The notes beneath the pieces were generated by a model. The model was not told the origin of the DNA and ran no database searches. It saw nothing but the letters and a program-made list of their open reading frames with translations. A program made the translations under genes and the position numbers. This document shows, in pieces, positions 60,822 through 64,000 of a stretch of 64,000 bases of DNA; positions within the stretch are counted from its first letter, which is position 1; every line of letters starts with the position of its first letter. The DNA comes from Azolla caroliniana (taxonomy: Eukaryota; Plantae; Polypodiophyta). The DNA lies in the NCBI GenBank assembly GCA_043228905.1, contig JBHGNT010000001.1, positions 34,224,001 through 34,288,000 on the forward strand, written 5' to 3'.

Positions 60822-63260
60822 ATGCCATCCTTACATTCACTTCTCATCCATACACCCGATCTCGAGCAACGATCCCAACCAAAAGCTCCGCCGCTTCCTT
60901 ACTACAAGGACACTGCCCCGCGAGAGAATATCGAATCATCTCAGCCCCATGGTGAGGAAGCTTTGAGTGCTCTCCTCGCTAAGAGGTGGTTCCCGTTCCA
61001 AGCATACCCCTGGTTGAGCACGAATTGGGGTGCCGACGAGAAGCTCGCGTGGCTGAGGTCGCAGGTCGTGGGCGCTGATGCGGGGGTGGACACACCATTC
61101 GGCCGCCACAAAAAGATGGTGTACGTCGACCACACTGCCAGCGGAAAGCCGCTCCACTTTGTCGAGGATTTCATGCTGCGCAACGTCCTCCCATTCTATG
61201 GTAAGCATATAATATAGCGCTAGCACGCGTTCTAATGTACAATTCAGCTGGATCCGCTACTCCCGAGGTCAGGACTAAACTTACTGTGTTTAAAATCATT
61301 TGGGCACTAGGGAACACCCACACTGAGGACAGCTACGTTGGGCGGGTGATGAGCCGGATGGTCCATGAATCCGAGGCGTACATCAGGCAGCAGTTGGGCG
61401 GATCGGCAGCGGAGCATGTGTTGCTCTTCTGCGGATCTGGAGCCACAGCTGCCATCAAGCGGCTCCAGGAAGTCATTGGAGTCGCTATATCTCCTCTCCT
61501 CCGATCCCACGTCCTAAGAAGCTTGGAAGAAGTAAAGAGTGATTGTTGTGGTATCCCGCGATGGGTTGTGTTCACAGGCCCCTACGAGCACCACTCCAAC
61601 CTCCTCTCGTGGCGACAGAGCTTGGCAGAGGTTTGTATAAATCAGTTAAATTAACTAGAGAGTCATTAGCATCGAGATTAAGTAAATGCTAATTATCACG
61701 TCGTTATATATATATATATACATCTAGGTGGTAGAGATCCCTGCTGATGGTGGGCAAGAGGGTAGGATCGATATGAAGGCGCTGGAGAACGCTCTTCGCA
61801 GGTATTCCAGCATGGACGGCCCTAAGAGGAAGCTTTTGGGCTCTTTCTCGGCGTGCAGCAACGTGACGGGCCTCCTAACCGATACCCGAGCCGTGGCTCG
61901 CCTCCTTCACAAGTACGGAGCATTCGCCTGCTTCGATTTCGCAGCAGGGTACGTAAGACCGACCCGAACGCCTGCCTACCATTGATAATGACTGTTTTCT
62001 TTGTGGATTCGTTAAGCAGGGTACTGTAGAATGGTCAGGACTCCTGTTGGTTCATTATTAACCCATGAATAGACCTCATATTTTGCAGAGCTCCACACGA
62101 AGAGATCGACATGGAGACGCCACCGGCGGCTTCAGCATTGTCAGATTCAGATGAAGTGGGGTATTACGATGCGGTGGTGATGAGCCCGCACAAGATGATG
62201 GGGGGGCCGGGGACGCCGGGTCTGTTGCTCATGCGCCGCGCCCTCTATGGCCTGCAACATACGCCGCCGTCTACGGCAGGCGGTGGGACGGTGTCGTACG
62301 TCAACGGCTTCGACGAAGAGGTGTGTGAAGAAGATTCATATAATTTATGTTCGTGTAGCCGTCCATCCACCCATATGCATCGTGGGGGGGGGGGGGGGGG
62401 GGTCCCACTTCTAGTGTATCAATAATGCCTCAAAAGTTAGAAAACACCCGATGGCTTTTCACTCACCACTCCTCGCTTATGATGTACTTTGGTCAGGACA
62501 CGTTGTACCACGACGATATCGAAGCGCGGGAGGATGCCGGCACTCCACCGATTCTCGGGAAGATCCGTTGCGCCCTCACGTTTTGGGTCAAGGAATTCAT
62601 TGGCATCGACACCATCCGGCAAATCGAATCATTCTACATCAACAAGGCCACACAGCATCTCTCCAACCATCCCAATATAAGAATATTAGGCAAATCCACA
62701 ATGCCGCGAATGCACCCTCGGGCGTCTATCCTGTCATTTAATGTTGTCGATCCCAATTCTAAGCCTTTGCATGGTCGATTTGTGGTCCGTCTTCTCAATG
62801 ATTTGTTTGGGATTCAATCTCGTGGGGGATGCGCTTGTGCCGGACCATATGGACATTACTTGTTGGGCATTGACAAAGAGACATCTTTAATGATACGGGA
62901 TGGAATAAAAAAGGTGTGTGAGCTCTAGAATATCTCCTCCTTCAAGCAAATGTGCTTACAAGTTTATTAAATTTTTGGATGAATTGTTTCTAGGGATACG
63001 AAGGACTCAAACCTAGTTGGACGCGCGTCGGTTTTAGTTACAACATGTCTGAAAAGGAGGTGAATTATGTGATTTCATCAATTGAGTGGGTAGCCAATTA
63101 CGGCCATCGTCTGCTTTCAATATATAATATTGATTCGAAAACAGGAAATTGGACATATAATTGTCCTTCAGACCTTGAGTTTCTTATGTTGCACAATACT
63201 AATAGAAAGTTGAATGATAAAAATTTCTTACAAGCCCTTATACTTGCGAGAAAGACTTGA
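60822..63260 (+). CDS. Class-V PLP aminotransferase / cysteine-desulfurase-like protein, paralog 3 (6 exons)
   Basis: Exons ~60822-61200, 61311-61630, 61728-61948, 62089-62320, 62497-62913, 62994-63260. SPHK and RGGCACAGPYG motifs are intact. Confidence 0.88.
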
Positions 63261-64000
63261 GGAAACACATCATCAAACCACATCAATGCACATAGAATCA
63301 TTGACACATCAATGCACATCCAATGTCAATTTCTACACCATTATTAGCACCCATCTACTGGATCCCATCCTTGGACAAACAATCTCATGTTTTCAAGATC
63401 GTCATGGTTCGTAGTAATATGGTCTCCATTGTGTCACCCCTTTGCAATCACATACACTCAATATGTCACTCAATCAACAACAACCTAAACCAACCTCACC
63501 CACTCATCCATGGCCATGTACAACTCTAGATTTAATTTAACCTCATATCCATCGGTATGGTTGCACATCGTGTCCTTAATTTCTCGTCACATTTATAATA
63601 GAAGCCATTGTTTTGTCACTTCAACTACATTGACCAAGAAGACATCGGAGAAAAAACCTCCAAAAGTACCTTATATAATGTACACATGAGGTTCGGAGAA
63701 CAATATGATTAAGAAACCCAAAGAACGTGTCCAAAAAGTAATTCCATAAGTGGTAAGGAGTTGTATAATGGATAATGTATATGTGGGAGCTAGTTGTGAC
63801 AAGTCATTATCTCTTGAGGGCTAACTTTCTATTCACAGAAACACCAAAGTGTTTCCCACATGTCATGTTAAATCCCAAGTTACATGGTTTCGAAGTGACG
63901 TATGTATGAATTATTTGGTATTAAAGGTATAAGCCTTAGCTACTTGTTTTATTTGTCATGTTGCATTCTTGTTTTGTATATCTATGGTCACACTTCCCAT

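Overview
Eukaryotic, intron-containing plant DNA; the retroelement types suggest a non-seed land plant (inference). Three paralogous six-exon genes for a class-V PLP aminotransferase (cysteine-desulfurase-like) flank a ~41-kb nested transposon stack (~12.2-53.4 kb): one on the minus strand at 9.1-11.6 kb and two on the plus strand at 54.9-57.3 and 60.8-63.3 kb. The stack holds an old Ty3/gypsy element broken by successive insertions, two near-complete tRNA-Trp-primed gypsy elements, a young Ty1/copia element and several solo LTRs. The main result is a 16.3-kb TIR DNA transposon (13385-29681; 36-bp TIRs; Sola-like DDD transposase). Head-to-head with its transposase it carries a five-exon, ~810-codon gene fusing a ParB/Srx-like domain to the C-terminal half of a bacterial-type amino (N4C/N6A) DNA methyltransferase, and its first intron holds an array of 29-bp palindromes. 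This copy is pseudogenised and no catalytic motif IV is visible. Other signals: CpG-centred 4-bp target sites for all tRNA-Trp gypsy insertions, a conserved -1 frameshift/pseudoknot cassette after the gypsy protease, a tRNA-like module inside LTRs, a Ginger-like TIR element with an integrase remnant, and a rearranged U6 snRNA copy at a gene promoter. All family assignments were made by eye from motifs; no searches were run.
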